Numbered from the stretch's first letter, positions 47,338 to 61,705 are shown. The stretch: DNA of 64,000 nt from Podarcis muralis (GCF_964188315.1 NC_135658.1:24490001-24554000); one strand, 5' to 3'. Numbers and translations: made by a program. The notes: a model not told the origin generated them from the letters alone.

Positions 47338-49310
47338 TACTGGCCATCCTCTAGCTGGGATAAGAGTCCTCTGCATCACTGGCAAAGAATGGGGAACTGT
47401 GGTCTAGCTAGTGAAGAACGGAGCTTCTGGACCAGGCTCAAGCCCTGCAGTAATCAAGTCTCAAAGTTACCAATGCATGCGCTTGATTTCTTTTACCACC
47501 CGCCGGTGCAAGGAAGGCATATTCAAACTTTCTGCACTATGCAGGAGCCTGTTTTTCCTGCCTCTCATTAGAACTTAACTCATTTTCAAAATGCAAAGTG
47601 TGGAGCGAATAGCCAAATAATTGGCAAGTGTTATCAACCCACCCTGTTACCTGTCAGTCAAAGGAGAACAGGGAATCACTTGCAAAGAAAAAAATACATA
47701 TTGAGCTTAGGACTATTTCAGATGAATCTATATAAACTGTTAATTTCATTAAGGCTTGTGCCTTAATTTTTGCAGCTCTGTTTGAGGAGACAACCAGTGA
47801 TCATGATTCAACTACTTCTACATACAGAAATGCTTTCCTGAGGGAAAGCTCTCACTTGCCTATTCAAAGTGCAGGATAAATTGAGGACTTTTCTGCTTCA
47901 AAATTTCATTTTCCACATTACTCTAGTTACTTTTCTTGGTTAGCAAAACTAGAATATTAGCTGCTATTTCCAGCCATGTGTACAGAATGAAGTCTTCAGG
48001 GAAAGGCCATAAATATGTTCAAAGTTAAGGATAAAAACAGAAGCTATGACCAAAAAATTAAGTCTGTGGTCTCACTGAGTCAATCGGTCCTATCATTTTT
48101 ATGTCTTTCAGATTTGTTAATCACATCACAAATGCGGTTATCGACATAAATGAACACGTGCAAAGCCTCCAAGTACAGTATCCCATTCCCGAGAAAAGAT
48201 ACAACTAGATTAGAAACCCCTTTGTGAGTGTTGATATTGCTGTACTCTCCAATCTGACTTCAAAAGAACAAGACAGTTTAACAGAACTTTCCTAGGATGA
48301 TTCTTCCGGCTGACTTCAAAAGCACCTGTCTTGACTTCTGTTCTAAATACCTGGAACTATCCAATAAAGCTGTGAAGCACATTGTGCCTTTTCCTACAAT
48401 ATTTCTATGAAGGGAGATTTTCTGCACCTGCAGCACTGAAATCAAAATAGTGAACCAAGCTGGATATGGAACCAGATTTAAGGTTGAAGCTTCCATTGCT
48501 TCAACCATAAATCCAATCTTTAAAAACTGCAAAACAGCACCAGCCATCTCAGTGTCTCACTATAATACATAAGCAAATGTTCATTCTGTAGAATTCTGTA
48601 GAATGACTATAATAAATCACATGTCTCGTACATATATGTTATTATTTATTTTCTCAATTAATGGAGCCTAACGGTTAAGCATTAATGAACAGGAAGAAAT
48701 GTATTCCTTCTAAAAACTATTTTCAAGGTTTCCGTTAAAATAAAAATATTCCCTCAAATATACATCCAAGTGTGGCTGCATAGCTCAGCAAATCATGTAT
48801 TAAATCTAACCATGTTATTCTTAAATATATTTGACAGTACAGACTGGCAAAAAAGCATTAACCCTCAAGAATGGACTTATTGTCAGGTAAATATATGAAG
48901 GTTTTTGACATAGTAATTCAATTGACATCGTGTGACATGTCTGTGTATATTTAATTCTTAGGTACAACAATCACCAACCAATGTAAAACTATCACATCAA
49001 TTTTTAAGGCATTTTTTCATCTCATTCTTCAAGCAAGCTTATGTAGGAAGCTGGAACACCTATTCTGAAGTTTATTCCCACAAGAAAAATACTATTTGCT
49101 TCATTCACCTAATTCTCTTAGAGAAATGAAAAATAAATAGATCAAGAATATCTCTAAATGCACTGAAACAATTGAAACAATTTCACGGTGCTGTACCCAA
49201 TGGTCAAGACTTTGTTTTCTAGACTTAATTCACAATACATACAGCAATCCTTTCCTTTCCTAGATGGTATTGGATCTAGGAAACCAGCAACCCAGCAGAA
49301 TGGGTGGCAT

Positions 49311-49340
49311 TAATAATAATAATAATAGTAATAATAATAA
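49311..49340. repeat. (TAA)10 microsatellite with one interruption
   Basis: Direct read. Confidence 0.9.
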
Positions 49341-50959
49341 CTAATATTGTCTTTATACAGTTCCAGCACAATCAGGTTCTTATTTAAAGTTGACCATGTC
49401 AGATTGTACCATAATACAACTACTGTACATAAAATATTTTAAATGTATTTTTAAAATAGTAATTAAAAACTATGTGTATCACAATTAAATATATACACAT
49501 TCCAATTGACCTCAGACGCAGCATGGATTTCGTGAACAACAAGCTGCCTGTCACCATAAAAACATATATGAGATGCGGTGATATCATTAATACTTCAAAT
49601 ACAACAGAGGGGGACAAGGGCCAATCATAACTGCAGAAAATTCAGTGCAACTGCTGTGAATGTCAGTTTGATTATCCATAACCTTATACAAGGCAGAAGG
49701 ATGACCCATGAATACACTACAGAGGGTAACAGGAGAAAAAAAAATACAAGGCCTACTGACAAAAGAGGTTGGATCATTTGGTAGGTACAAATAAGTACAA
49801 AGAGGTAGAAGGAAGCATGAGGGGTAAACATAACCACTCATGATAGACAATAATTTTATTACATTCCTACTGCATAGATGACATGTAATGTAGTTTCATA
49901 TTACTTTTTATAATGCTGGCAATTGAAGATTATTAGGAACTGAGAATAGTAGCAAATTATAGCACACATTTGTTCTATTTAAAAATGCACTAAGTATACA
50001 GGCGTACTTCTAGTTAATATCCAAAAAGTTTATATCACTAACGAAGTCCTGACTGTAAAGAGTGCTTACCTATGAAAGGGAAATCTTCGGGAAAGCAGCA
50101 TTCACCACTGCCCTTTTATTGAGAAATACTAAGATTTTAAGCAATTAAACCATTATCGGACATTTTCTTAGATCTATTCAGGAAACTGCTGAGAATACTC
50201 TGACAAGTAAAATAGGAGGGTGGGTGGGGGCTCAGCCTTATAAAACTTCAGTGCCTTAACATGATACTGAACAGATCCCCATTCTTCAAGCCAACAGAAC
50301 TAAAAAGAAATGCTTCATATATGTTAATTTCCAACATGGATGCCACTTCTGTTTAGAATGTTCGTAAATTCTAACTCAATGAATGGTATAGAAACATTTG
50401 ATGGCACAGCATGGTCAGATAAGCAGACATGGAGCTGATCAATAGCCTGGATGGAAGACAATCAGGAGCACCAAATAAACATAATCTTAAGCACACATGT
50501 ACCACAGCCAAATATATTCATCATGCATGAAAAGTAATATGCATATAGGAAATTCATCAGCTATGAAGTGATCTTCAGTCACCTACAAAGAGCACAGTTC
50601 ATTTTCACAAGTTTAAGTGGCTAAAGATTTACATCATGCAATCAGCTGTATCTTGAAGCATATCAAATTGAATGACAGAAGCCTTATCTTTATCTCTGTA
50701 ATAAATGTTCTAGAACCAAACTGTAAACAACATGCCATGGAAAAGAAAGTATAAGCATTCAAGGGGGTCAGCGTTTGTATCTCTAACCTGCATGGAATCA
50801 GAAAATCTCACAAGTTATCCTAGCTGCAAATCCAATTACCAAAAAACTACCGTATTAAAAAACTGACGGAAATCAGTAGTACTGAATAAACTTTTTGTCC
50901 TTTTGTATAGTAAGTAAAGCAATTTGTATAGTAAGCAAGCACACTGCAAAGATCTACTA

Positions 50960-51175
50960 CAGTGGTACCTTGGTTTACAAACTTAATCCGTTCTGGAAGT
51001 CCGTTCTTAAAACGAAACTGTTCTTAAACCAACTGCCACCGGTTCCCTTCCACCATTCAGTTTCCGTTCTTAGACCGAGGTTAAGTTCGTAAACCGGGAC
51101 ACTATTTCTGGTTTTGCGGAGTTCGTAAACCGAATCATTCTTAAACAGGACTGTTCTTAAACCGAGGTACCACTG
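50960..51175. mobile_element. Tigger/pogo-type MITE, about 216 bp
   Basis: TA|CAGTGGTACCT...AGGTACCACTG|TA with repeated gttcttaaac/gttcgtaaac motifs. Confidence 0.9.
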
Positions 51176-51273
51176 TATATGCAAAACTGTGATCAAAGAA
51201 GCAAGAAAATAACAGAAACAGAGCAGTGGTTACACATAAATGATACACTGGTTACTTACCTTGAAGATGCTTT

Positions 51274-51362
51274 CTCTCCTAGAGTGAACAAGGCACCCAT
51301 CAACCCTCCACCCAGTTCACTCTCCTAGAGTGAACAAGGCACCCATCAACCCTCCACCCAGT
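51274..51362. repeat. Exact 43-bp direct duplication with a hairpin at the junction
   Basis: ctctcctagagtgaacaaggcacccatcaaccctccacccagt at 51274-51316 and 51320-51362. Confidence 0.92.
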
Positions 51363-52595
51363 CAAGTAAATACAAGTAAATAGTCATTTGACTAGCTTCA
51401 GTATGCATCCCAGTCCCTGGTGGCTCCTCCCCAGTTTCTGTCCATGGCACAGATATAGACAGAAACCTGTGGAGTTTATTTAACACATTTATAGACCACC
51501 TCACAGCATTAACACCATTTAAGCAGTGTAGAAGAATGGAATAGGACATCAAAATACAAATTCTAAAAGTAATGAAATCATTTCAACGAGCTATAAAATA
51601 AAAAACAATAAAACCATATTTACACATTCTAAAAACAATACAACTATTTCTGGGGCTCTACAATTTACATTCCTTAAATGACTGAGTTAGACCCCAGGAA
51701 AAGCCTTCATAAACAAAATATATTCAGTAGGCAAGAGGTTTAGAGGCAAGAAGTGTGGGAGACTGCACTTAAATACAACTAGCATGCATGAATGCTAGCA
51801 AGTATATGAAGAGGTGAAGACAATACAGCTGGATTCCCAGACTCAACTTGGTCATGCTCCCTCTTCTCCGATGAGAGGAAGTAAAGCCTTCTCATCCTCT
51901 TCTCTTTCTCTATTTTTTCCACAGATTTGGATTTCCCCATAAGAATCAGGTGAAAGAGAAACACAGCAGAAAAAGCAAAGAATTGGGGAGAAGGGTTTAA
52001 AATGACCAAAGGAAAAACTCGATGAAAAACTAGAATTTAAGGTAACCAAAATATTGCCCAGACAATACTAACATTGTGAGGCTCAAAGAACTGTCCTGGG
52101 CAAAGCATGGCATGAGACTTGGGAAGAGTCACTAGGGACTGGGAAACATTAAAAAGGGTGATGGGTCCCTTCTTCACCCCAAGCACAGAAATGTCAATCT
52201 CCTGGTATTCTCAACAATGAGAACATGGTGCTCTATATAAACCTGTGGCACCAAGGCACAAGCCTGTTTCTCATCTACTTTCATTATTTCTATATATCCT
52301 GAGGGATAATGTTGTGGGGAGAAATAGTAAATATATTTATCAGATGTAGGAATATCCTGAACTTTGGACGTAGATCTAGCAATAGAACCCGTCAACCAGA
52401 ATGAAAATTGATCCACAGATACTAATTTTCCCAGTTTTGACTAACTTGGATTGTGTTAATCCCCACTGTACATCCCTCAGTTAAATATATTTTCACCCGT
52501 TATCTATTCGCCCCACTGCCCAGACAGTTAAGAAGTGTTAAGATGTCTTAACACATTTCCTCCAGATTCTTGATGCCCAAGCAAAAAAGCTCAGT

Positions 52596-52935
52596 TAAGA
52601 ATGTAAGACCATAACTGCTGGATCAAATCAAAGGGACATCTAGTCCAGCATTCTGTTCTCACACCGGCCAACCTACTGTGATATCCAGAAAATGGTTATT
52701 CTGAGGACTAGTGCCTCGGATATTTCAACATATCCATCATTGCTAATTGACAGCTATATCCTGCATGGATTTGTCTAATCCCCTTTTATAGCTTGTCCAA
52801 ACCATCACAACTTCCTGCAGTAGAAAATTCTATATTCAACTATGCACTCACTGTGTGAAGTACTTCCTTTTGTATCACCCAACATTCAGCTTAATTGAAT
52901 ACATTCTAGTATTGAGTTAGCTATTCACTTTACTG
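52596..52935 (-). mobile_element. Degraded CR1 3' fragment
   Basis: taagaatgtaag...ctgctggatcaaatcaaagggacatctagtccagcattctgttctcac, then CR1 3' body. Confidence 0.7.
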
Positions 52936-53226
52936 TAAGTGTTTTTGGTGACAGAGTGCTGGAGACACAATTTAATGGCCCACTTTTGGTTCTGAGGTAG
53001 GCATGGTTAAATATAAGCAAACTGTGATGTTGTTGGAACAAAAGAATTCCTGACCCCATAAAGAGCTAGACTGCAGTTGTCTTTCCAGCAGCCGACAGTC
53101 CTGCAGGGTATTCAGATGGAGCAAGCCTTCACTGAATGTCCAACTGTTAAGCCAATGCACCTCTTCCCTCCTACTCACCATCCCAAGCTGGGAATGGGAA
53201 AAGTATGGTTTTTGCATTATTTAATC

Positions 53227-53363
53227 AAATGTTTCTCTAACCTGGGTCTCCTACAGTTGTTGGACTGCAGTTCCCATCATCCCTGACCACTGGTCCTGCA
53301 AGGTAGGGGTGATGGGAGTTGTAGTCCAACAACAGCTGGAAACCCAAAGTTTGAGAAACACTA
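53227..53363. mobile_element. Palindromic hAT-type MITE (family of 1194-1328)
   Basis: tgtttctc...gagaaaca termini, shared internal arms; 8-bp TSD atttaatc/atttaacc. Confidence 0.85.
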
Positions 53364-55224
53364 ATTTAACCTGTTGGAAAACTCTCTGCTGAAACTCAGT
53401 AGTCTGTAAATTTACTTGACAAAACTTTTTCTTATCTTGTCATTGCCCCTCTGAACTCCAATAAAACAATCCTTACAGTTTAAGATAGAATCTCTTGTAT
53501 TTTCATGTCACAAGCAAAGTGCTATAAAGTACATTTCTCAGATTAAAATTACATGTAATTAAGGGTGATCCACAACCACAAATGTTTGGTAGTGGCATTT
53601 AAACACCAATAAGTCTCCTTTCTTATTTGATTTATGAACTGCATGGACAAAGGCAATTAGTGGCAGTTATATTAAAATTATTTTGACAAGGGTTGCAGAT
53701 GTTGGTAGCTGGAAAGAGGGGGAAATTATTCCATATACCCTATGAATCAAAAGGAGCCTTTACTGAGAACAGCAGCCTTTAAAAACATTTCAGGAGAAGA
53801 AAAAACTCAAGTAAGAGTAATATATTCACTGCGTCTCTACTAATATGTACTAAGTTAATTAGGAAGTTTCCAATTTGAAATTATACATATATTAATAACT
53901 GCCTTTCACTTACTTCACATGCTCATTTCATCTAATCAAGTATGGCCTACTCTATCTGGCACCAGCACTCCAGGGTCTCAGTTAGTGGCCTTCGCTTACT
54001 GTTTAATCCTTTTAAAAGAAGTTGATGGGGATAGAACCTGAACTTTTTGCAAGCAAAATACATGTTCTACCACAACTCTCTTACGATTTCATTTTATGAT
54101 TGCTTTTACCTATGTAATGATTAAAGGCATTAAATTGCAAACATTTCATCAAAACTGCCCAGAAATGCTTTTTAAGGTAACTTTAGGAAGCTAATAGAAA
54201 AATGTTAATCTGTATCCTAAGTTATCAGTGATTTGCACTGTAGGCAAGTTAAATAACTTTTCCTCTGGTCAAAAGCACTATCCCAAACTATGTGAATAGT
54301 AAACTGTGGGTGGAAGTCAACTAACTCTTACTCAGAGTACACATTGAAATTTATGAGCACAACTAATATAAGCCCATTCATTTCAATTAGTATTCTCTGA
54401 GTAAATGTCAGTTGAATTCTACCCTAAGTATCTACTGGGACACGACTGAAGGTTGGCAGAATTTTTATTTGTTTACTTCCATAGCAAAATAGCTTCGATA
54501 AAATTGTAAGCTGTTTTCTTTTTTTAGCAACTTGTAATTAAATTAATATGCCGATATTGTCTATGAACTGCATACATGTCCCAAGTAGAAGCATCTGAAA
54601 ATTAATTCTGTGTTAACTCTAAAAACAAGGACTCTTTTTGTGGTTCCAAGTACACTTACCATTTATCCCTTCCTTTTAATTAAAAAATGTTGAAGATTAC
54701 GTAAGTAGACTTACTTTCACAGTGCAAGAAACAAAAGTTAAGTTGTTTATAAATACATACAAACAATAGTTTCAAATTTAATTCTGCAATAAAGTGGCAC
54801 CGTCAAAATAAATGGGGCAAACAACACAGATAAAACATTTTTATAATCAGTCAACCCCCCCCAGTGTGATTCACCAAAAGCAAAAAGATTATTATTAAAA
54901 CAGAAGCTAAGTAATACTGCCAAAAACTCTACACAAGCCAGTTTTGTTTTCCCTTCCCATTCATCTAAAAACACTTACATGCTGTTTGACAGAATAATAA
55001 GGTTCTACTGGTACTAACATAATAAAATTCAAAGATACAGGATCAATAAAATGCCTTTACCTTAACTCATCTCATTAAACAAAACATAATTTAAGGAGAT
55101 GAGGCACAGGAAAAATGTATCACAACCAAAAAGTGTTACCAATTTAAAGATCAATTGACATAAACAGTGAAAAAAAGTCTCTCCAGTACTGGCCAATCTC
55201 ACTAACCAAAACAACAGAAAAATG

Positions 55225-55380
55225 GGGAGGGCCTCTTTTGTTAATCTTAAGAGTGCAGGTATGTAGATATAGGTGAAGGAAGTCCTTCAAGTAGTTCAGG
55301 CCCAAATCATTCAGAGACTTTAAAGAGTTAAAACTAGCCTGTTAAATTGGGCATGGAACTGCACTGGCAGCCAGTCGCAT
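55225..55380 (-). mobile_element. Degraded L2 fragment
   Basis: ggcccaaatcattcagagactttaaag...ttgggcatggaactgcactggcagccagt, the antisense of the LHWLP/FK region. Confidence 0.55.
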
Positions 55381-58300
55381 GAACTCTTCTACCCACCCAG
55401 TTCCCCACCCCAACCCTCACACATGTCATCTTCCTTCCTCTTGCAGGTTCAAAACTCTATGAGAAGTAAATCTACCTAAGCTGAGGATGGGGCTCTCTTT
55501 AAGGTTCACAGCAGATTCTGAGATTAAAAGGGCTACAGCATGTATATGGCTATGCCATGTGGACTTCGCATGGCATATAACTCTGTGCTAACTAGGGTTA
55601 CACAAGCGAAGCTGTTTATTGCACTGTCTTCCTTCTAACTTTTAAGAGGTAGCAATGGAGGCACCTGCCAAGTCACTTGGAGAGTTTTAGTTAAAACGTT
55701 TACAAAATTATAGAAAAGACTTTAGCATAAATGCTTAATTTAATATGCAACTTGTTCATATTTCACACATGCAGGTTTTATCCACATTCATTGGAAGAGA
55801 GTAGACGATGTGCCCTTCTAACAAAGCAAAGAAAACATATGAGTGAAATTTCCCCCCTACTAGTATAGTTACATCACCCTCTTTTTTCACAAGAAAATGT
55901 TCAGAATGCATGAGCACCACCCATATTTTCCTCTGGAAGAAGAGAGCAGAAAAAGCCCTGGACAAACAGGGCTCTCTACATAAAAGCTAAACCGCTGGAC
56001 CAAGACCCACAACTACATAAAATGTTATAGAATCTTTCAGGTTCTGTAGTACTTTAAAAGGTTATTAAACTGTAGGCAAACATTAGCTAAAGAACTACAC
56101 ACAGCTGGAGGATACCACATTCCAACATAACATTAACTTATAGAGCAAAAATGTCATACCAGCTTTATGGAAAATAGTCATGAAGTGTTGCTGCTGAAGC
56201 ACATTAGCCTCAAGATAATTATTACTGCTGCTTACAAGCAAGTGCAATTACATCTATTTTGCAACATCTTGAAAACAACTTCTTTTTCAAAGTAGATTTA
56301 GAAGCAAATTCTGGGGAAAGAAGGCAAAATGAACATCCCTCCCCCACCCCAAACTTTCAGCTACCTGCTACATTAAATGATTATCCTCTTTCGAACAGAA
56401 GATTTCGTAAAATGTTCAGATCACCACTTCAAGTAGTCACACCCACTAGTTCACAGAAGATAGGCCTCCGAATGATAAAATTTATGGGCGCATGTTGGAC
56501 AGTACCAACCAAATACAGTTTCAAATTGTTAAGTTATAACTCAATAAACAGCATATTGTGAATTTACATATATATTCCACCTACTATAAATTAGTATGCC
56601 AAATTCTGTAATTAAAACTCGCCCTATCCATTAGGTTAAAGGTGGGTTTTTTAAAAAGTGCAACACATTTCACAACCTATCTTTCATATCCCCTCCCAAT
56701 GGTAAATAAAATGAACAGCTAATATGTATCATTTAATCTTCATCATTAATAACATTTGCCTTACGAGGATTTCTCACAAACCAATTGATGGTTTGCATGT
56801 ATGCACAGCAGTTTTCATGCATCTCACAGCACCCTGAACACAATTCAGTGGAGGCGACTAATACATTCTGCCGGAGTAATTGAGTGCTGTACAATCATGC
56901 ATTAATCATATCTGCTACAGCATAAATGAGAAAAAATAAATGCATAAAAATTGTAATATAAACACTATTTTTAAAATTCCAGGAGATGATCTGAAGACTT
57001 TTCTCCAATTAAAGTTAGAAACACTTGGGTGAAGAGCATGACAAAAGTCTTTACAAATCATTCCACATGCCAGCTGACTGCTTTGCAGAAAAATCACCAG
57101 GGACAATAAAGGATCAAAGGTGCAACACAAATGAATAATCAGAGGAAAAACACACCTAAGAATAGTGCAGGCACAGCAGAATTTAAGACCCATATGAGGA
57201 CATATAACAGAACTGTGGGAACACAGCAAACTCTGGTTATTTTCTTTCAGCAAACCTCTCTCAGGAATTTCACCTCCATGTAAGTTTAAATGTGAGAGGT
57301 GAGCATAGTTATAAAACATACCATATAGCACCTTCCTAACCATTCATGCAGTTGAACTTTCAATATAGATATTAAAGTAGAGGGAAGCCTTTTTCCAAAG
57401 TTTTATTTAAAAATTCCATGGAAAACATGGAAACTGTCTTAGGAACCATTTTCTCTTTTAAAATTATGCTTTTGTTGAGATTCCCTTCCAGCTCTACAAT
57501 TCTATCATTCTATGACTAGCTGTAGCTCTCTAGCATCTCAGACAGGTCTCTGCTGCCAGATTTCTTTTCTAACTTAAAAGTGCCAGGGGCTGAATCTAGA
57601 AATTTCTGCTTCCTAAGTATGTGCTCTGTCACACAAGTATGCTCCCCCTCGTTTACATAATATATTTTCTATTCTTAAAAGTAGTAATTTTAGATTGGAT
57701 GCCTAAATATTGCAAACTTACATGTTTCCCCAAATTTCCAAGCAATTTCCCCCCTTGTATTCAAAAATTCTGGAAATTTTGCATCTTGACTCTAGGGTAG
57801 AAGTCCAGGCATCTGACCCATCTGCTACAGTGAATGACAGGAGAGGGATGCCAATGTGGCTATAGTTGTATTTCCTTCCTATGGACAAATACAACCTGCA
57901 TTAAAAAACATATCCTCTTACAGATGAACCTGAAGGGTGACTTCAACAGGGTCCAAATGACAATTCTGACCCTTCTCTGCTTTCAGGAAATGTTCTCCCC
58001 CCTCTCTTTGTACTACTTCCAATTTCATTTAATCATCTGTATTTCTTTTTTTGCCTTTGACAAAACCATTAGAAGCTGTTTGTTCCTGGAAACGCATCTT
58101 TATATAGGTTATAGAAAATGTTCCCAGATTATTATTTTGTATGTATGATAACGTATAAGTACAGAGGACACTATCTAGCAATTCTGCATTGGAATAATTA
58201 TTTGAGGTAATTTACAATAATTATTTCTTCATTTTTACTCGTACCATGTAGAAGAGGAAAGCAACAATGGAACAAAAATACCCCTTTATTTGAGTTTCCG

Positions 58301-58809
58301 TATACTAGCTTCTCATCATATCACACTTGCTTCATGTGTACTACAAAGTCTTCCATGGCAGACAAAATCAGAGTTGAATTAATGTCATTTTTGTGTGTAG
58401 AAATTTGACACAAAGGAAATTACAAGCAGTGCAGTCCTGGGAAAGCTGAAAGACATGCTTTTTCTGAAAGTTGCTCTCAGTGCAAAGGATTGTACAGACA
58501 GTAGTTTCTGTTCTATTGGCACTAATGCTTAGAATCTAAGCCACAGACAGCATAAGTTAGAAATGAATATGAAAAGGAGGGGGGTAATCATTTACGTTAT
58601 TAATCATTATTACTTTAGAGATGTGGCCACTGTTCTCTGTTATGGAGTTATGACAAATATTAGACCATTACATTGGTTCCAGGAATAACTTTTAAAGAAA
58701 GTAAGTTATAATGGAGAGAAAGTAAAGGCAGACAGGAAGATGATACTTGTATCACTAACAGGTTTAGGAAAAGCATGTGTCCATTTCAGTAAATAAGAGT
58801 TCTACTTAC

Positions 58810-58909
58810 ATTATCCATGAAATTGGACTTAAATCCTCCTTCCTGCTGTCTTCTCAATTCCTCTTGGCGCAACATCTCTTCTTCACGGCGCCTATGTTCT
58901 TCTTCATGT
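58810..58909 (-). CDS. PSPC1: PSPC1 exon 6 equivalent (coiled coil), ends in phase 0
   Basis: cattag|A CAT...AAT|gtaagt; 100 nt encoding [33 protein letters not shown]. Confidence 0.96.
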
Positions 58910-59214
58910 CTAATGGTTTTGCACAGAATGCATCTTCCTAAGACACTTATTACATCTTTTCATTCCAAAAACTATAAAATCATTCCCTTCCAATATCACA
59001 AAAACATGATTTTCAATCTTAGAAGAACTATAGCCCCCATATGAACCAACCCAGACCCTGCAATCATCATCTGAAGCTTTTCTTTGTGTGCCTCCTCCAC
59101 AAAAGGTCTGGAACAGGCCTTTTCTGCAGTAGCTTTCTGTACCAGGCAGAAACATTTTTCTTCTCCCAAGCCTTTGGCTAATTAAACTATCTATGGCCCT
59201 ACGTGGAAGGGTTA

Positions 59215-59320
59215 TTGTTTTTGTTTGTTATTATGTTACATATTCTTGTGTTTTTATACTATAAACTGCCCTGTGGTCTTCGGTTGAAGGGCAGTATAGA
59301 AATTTAATTGATGATGATGT
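59215..59320 (+). mobile_element. L2 3' end
   Basis: T-rich UTR, ctgccct...agggcag stem, tatagaaatttaat terminus. Confidence 0.55.
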
Positions 59321-59381
59321 TGTCATCATCCATCTACTGTTCTCTGCTTTATTTGTTGTCTTTTGACCACTTTCTCCATCA

Positions 59382-59665
59382 ATAAGAACATAAGAGCCTG
59401 CTGGATCAGGCCAATGGCCCTGTTCTTGCAGTGGCCAACCAGATGCCACAGTTTGTATTCTTTTTTGTTCTCTTCATTTGGACAAGACTTCCATTTTTTG
59501 AAGGATGCCTTCTTGCCTATAATAGCTTCTTTGACTCTGCTCATTAGCCATGCTGGCATCATCTTGGCCTTCATAATACCTTTCCTCATCTGCAGTATAG
59601 ACTCCAATTGAGCTTCTAATACCCTGTTTTTAAAAAACTCACAAGCATTTGATCCTCGCCCCATG
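59382..59665 (-). mobile_element. CR1 with its 3' tail fused to a mid-ORF2 segment
   Basis: Tail ataagaacataagagcctgctggatcagg joined at about 59444-59448 to sequence encoding PAWLMSRVKEAIIGKKASFKKWKSCPNEENKKEYKLW (CR1 endonuclease-RT linker). Confidence 0.75.
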
Positions 59666-59993
59666 TTACTTTTAGATACCTCAAGAACCTATGTAAACAT
59701 TCAACATAGTAAAATATAAGCAATGGTTTTATAACAAGTTCTAAGGTTCCTGAATTACTATACTATAATTCCTGTAACAAGGCACTAGGCCTGGCAGCTA
59801 CTGACACAACCTCCCACATCTGTGTCACAGTCATGGGACTTTGTAGTCAGTCTCTAAGTAGTCAATTCACTATGTATGTGTTTTAAAGGCTACAGAGGAC
59901 TAGAGCTAGTTTTAAAATGGTATCTCTTGAGTTATGAAATCTCATTTCACACATCTAAGGGCTATTGCCCTCTAGCGTGGATTTATAGAATAC

Positions 59994-60078
59994 CTCAATT
60001 GTATTTGCTTTCGTTTCTGTAGCTCCTGATTTCTAAGTTCTTCCAAACGTCTCAATTCTTCCTGACGCCTCATAAGAT
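59994..60078 (-). CDS. PSPC1: PSPC1 exon 5 equivalent (coiled coil)
   Basis: ttcacag|AT CTT...TTG AG|gtattc; 85 nt encoding (D)[27 protein letters not shown](R). Confidence 0.97.
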
Positions 60079-60635
60079 CTGTGAAAAGTCAAAGCAGCAG
60101 CTAGCAATTATCATTTTAACAGGAACAGTTATCAATATAAAAATAGACACTAAAAAGCACAATGAAAAGTTATGTTACCTATAAACTATGTCTCAGATTA
60201 CATGTGCACTTTAGACCCCAGTCACAGTATTATTATTATTTTGCTACTGTGATTTTTTTAAAAAAGGAATTACACATGCTGCATACATTAATAACAAAAG
60301 GAATAATGGTTGCTCACTCCTGACCTAGTGCATTTATAAAGGCTGGAGTAAAATATTTCAATGGAGGCAAGCTTGCATTTGTGGGTCATGGAGTATAACA
60401 TAGCATCAGAGCATATACAAAGTGTCAAATAAGTTTGGTCATAGTATGTTTACCTACAGGTAGCTCTGGACATTGCACAAACTTCCTGAAAAATCCCTGC
60501 TTGTGGCTTGTAAAAATATGGAAATGTTCACAATGTATAGACACTTTAGATATATATTTCCTGCGACAACACAGACCACTTTTAGTAATTTTTCAGTTTA
60601 TGCAATAAAAATTGCAGAATAGGGATGCAGAATAC

Positions 60636-60832
60636 CTTGTCTCATCAGCATTAACTGGTGCTCATGTCGAGCTGCTTCCATCTCTGCCTCCAGCTTCTCC
60701 TTAGCTTCTCTAATGTTTCTATCAACTTGTTCCCGCTGTTGCTTTTCCATTTCATCAAGAGCCTTCCATCGCGAAGCATACTCAAATTCAAATGTTCCAG
60801 GTTGAGCAAAACGTGGTGGCTGTTCTCTTTCC
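60636..60832 (-). CDS. PSPC1: PSPC1 exon 4 equivalent (NOPS/coiled coil)
   Basis: tcctag|G GAA...CAA G|gtattc; 197 nt encoding [65 protein letters not shown]. Confidence 0.97.
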
Positions 60833-61705
60833 CTAGGAGCACATCACATTTCACATGAACAGAATGCATTCATAAATGGCACAGCAAAATGCAGTTAACT
60901 GACAAATTTCTCCATTATTTAAGCAAGTCTTCCTTACGCATTCTAAAGAAAAGAATTCGTTTCTTTACTTCTATCTAGCTCATTTAAAGCCAAACAAGAT
61001 GTGGAGGCAACACACCTGTGTGTTCAAAACACACATCTGCCTGAAACACATAGAAAGAGGAACAGTTCAGGGCAATTTTTTTAATCAAATAGGGCACATC
61101 GGTGCAATAGACAGAACCTTCTCCCAACAGCTTGCTACTTTGCAGCCCCTATTTCTCAGTCAGGGAACCTCTCATATAAGCAAATAAGGAGACACCAAGG
61201 GACAGTGCCCCTCACTACCTGCCACTGATCCCTTTGGACACAATCCTGAGAGGGAGGGAGAAACTGATTGGGCAAAGGGGAAAAGCGATCATGACACCCA
61301 TCAAAGCAGGGGAGGAGTTCAAAATCTTACCAAGAGCCCTCCAAAAGCTAGAGCTATCCCCATCTCTTGCACTATTTCTAATTCAGCCAGCTTTTTTTGG
61401 TGTGGAATGTGAGGATATTTCATAAGTTTTGTGATGGCTGAGGCCAGTGAGATGCATTCTAATTTTATGCATCCTTATCCATTAGCTTTCACTTCTGTTG
61501 TGGCCAAAAAAGAGCCCTTCAACCATGACAGTTTTTCCCTAGTTCATATTATATTTCACCAATCCATTTTAAATAAAGGTATATTGTCATGGCTAGCTTT
61601 ACTGGTACCAACAATCAAGTTTTTGAATTAGACCCACACCTCCCAGGAGTTAAAGCTTTACTTCCCGTTTTTTAATATTCTATAATGTGAATGTATAAAA
61701 CGTAC

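Noticed and set aside
56915-57343. 142-aa ORF in PSPC1 intron 6
   Set aside because: No recognisable homology and no convincing splice boundaries; expected by chance.
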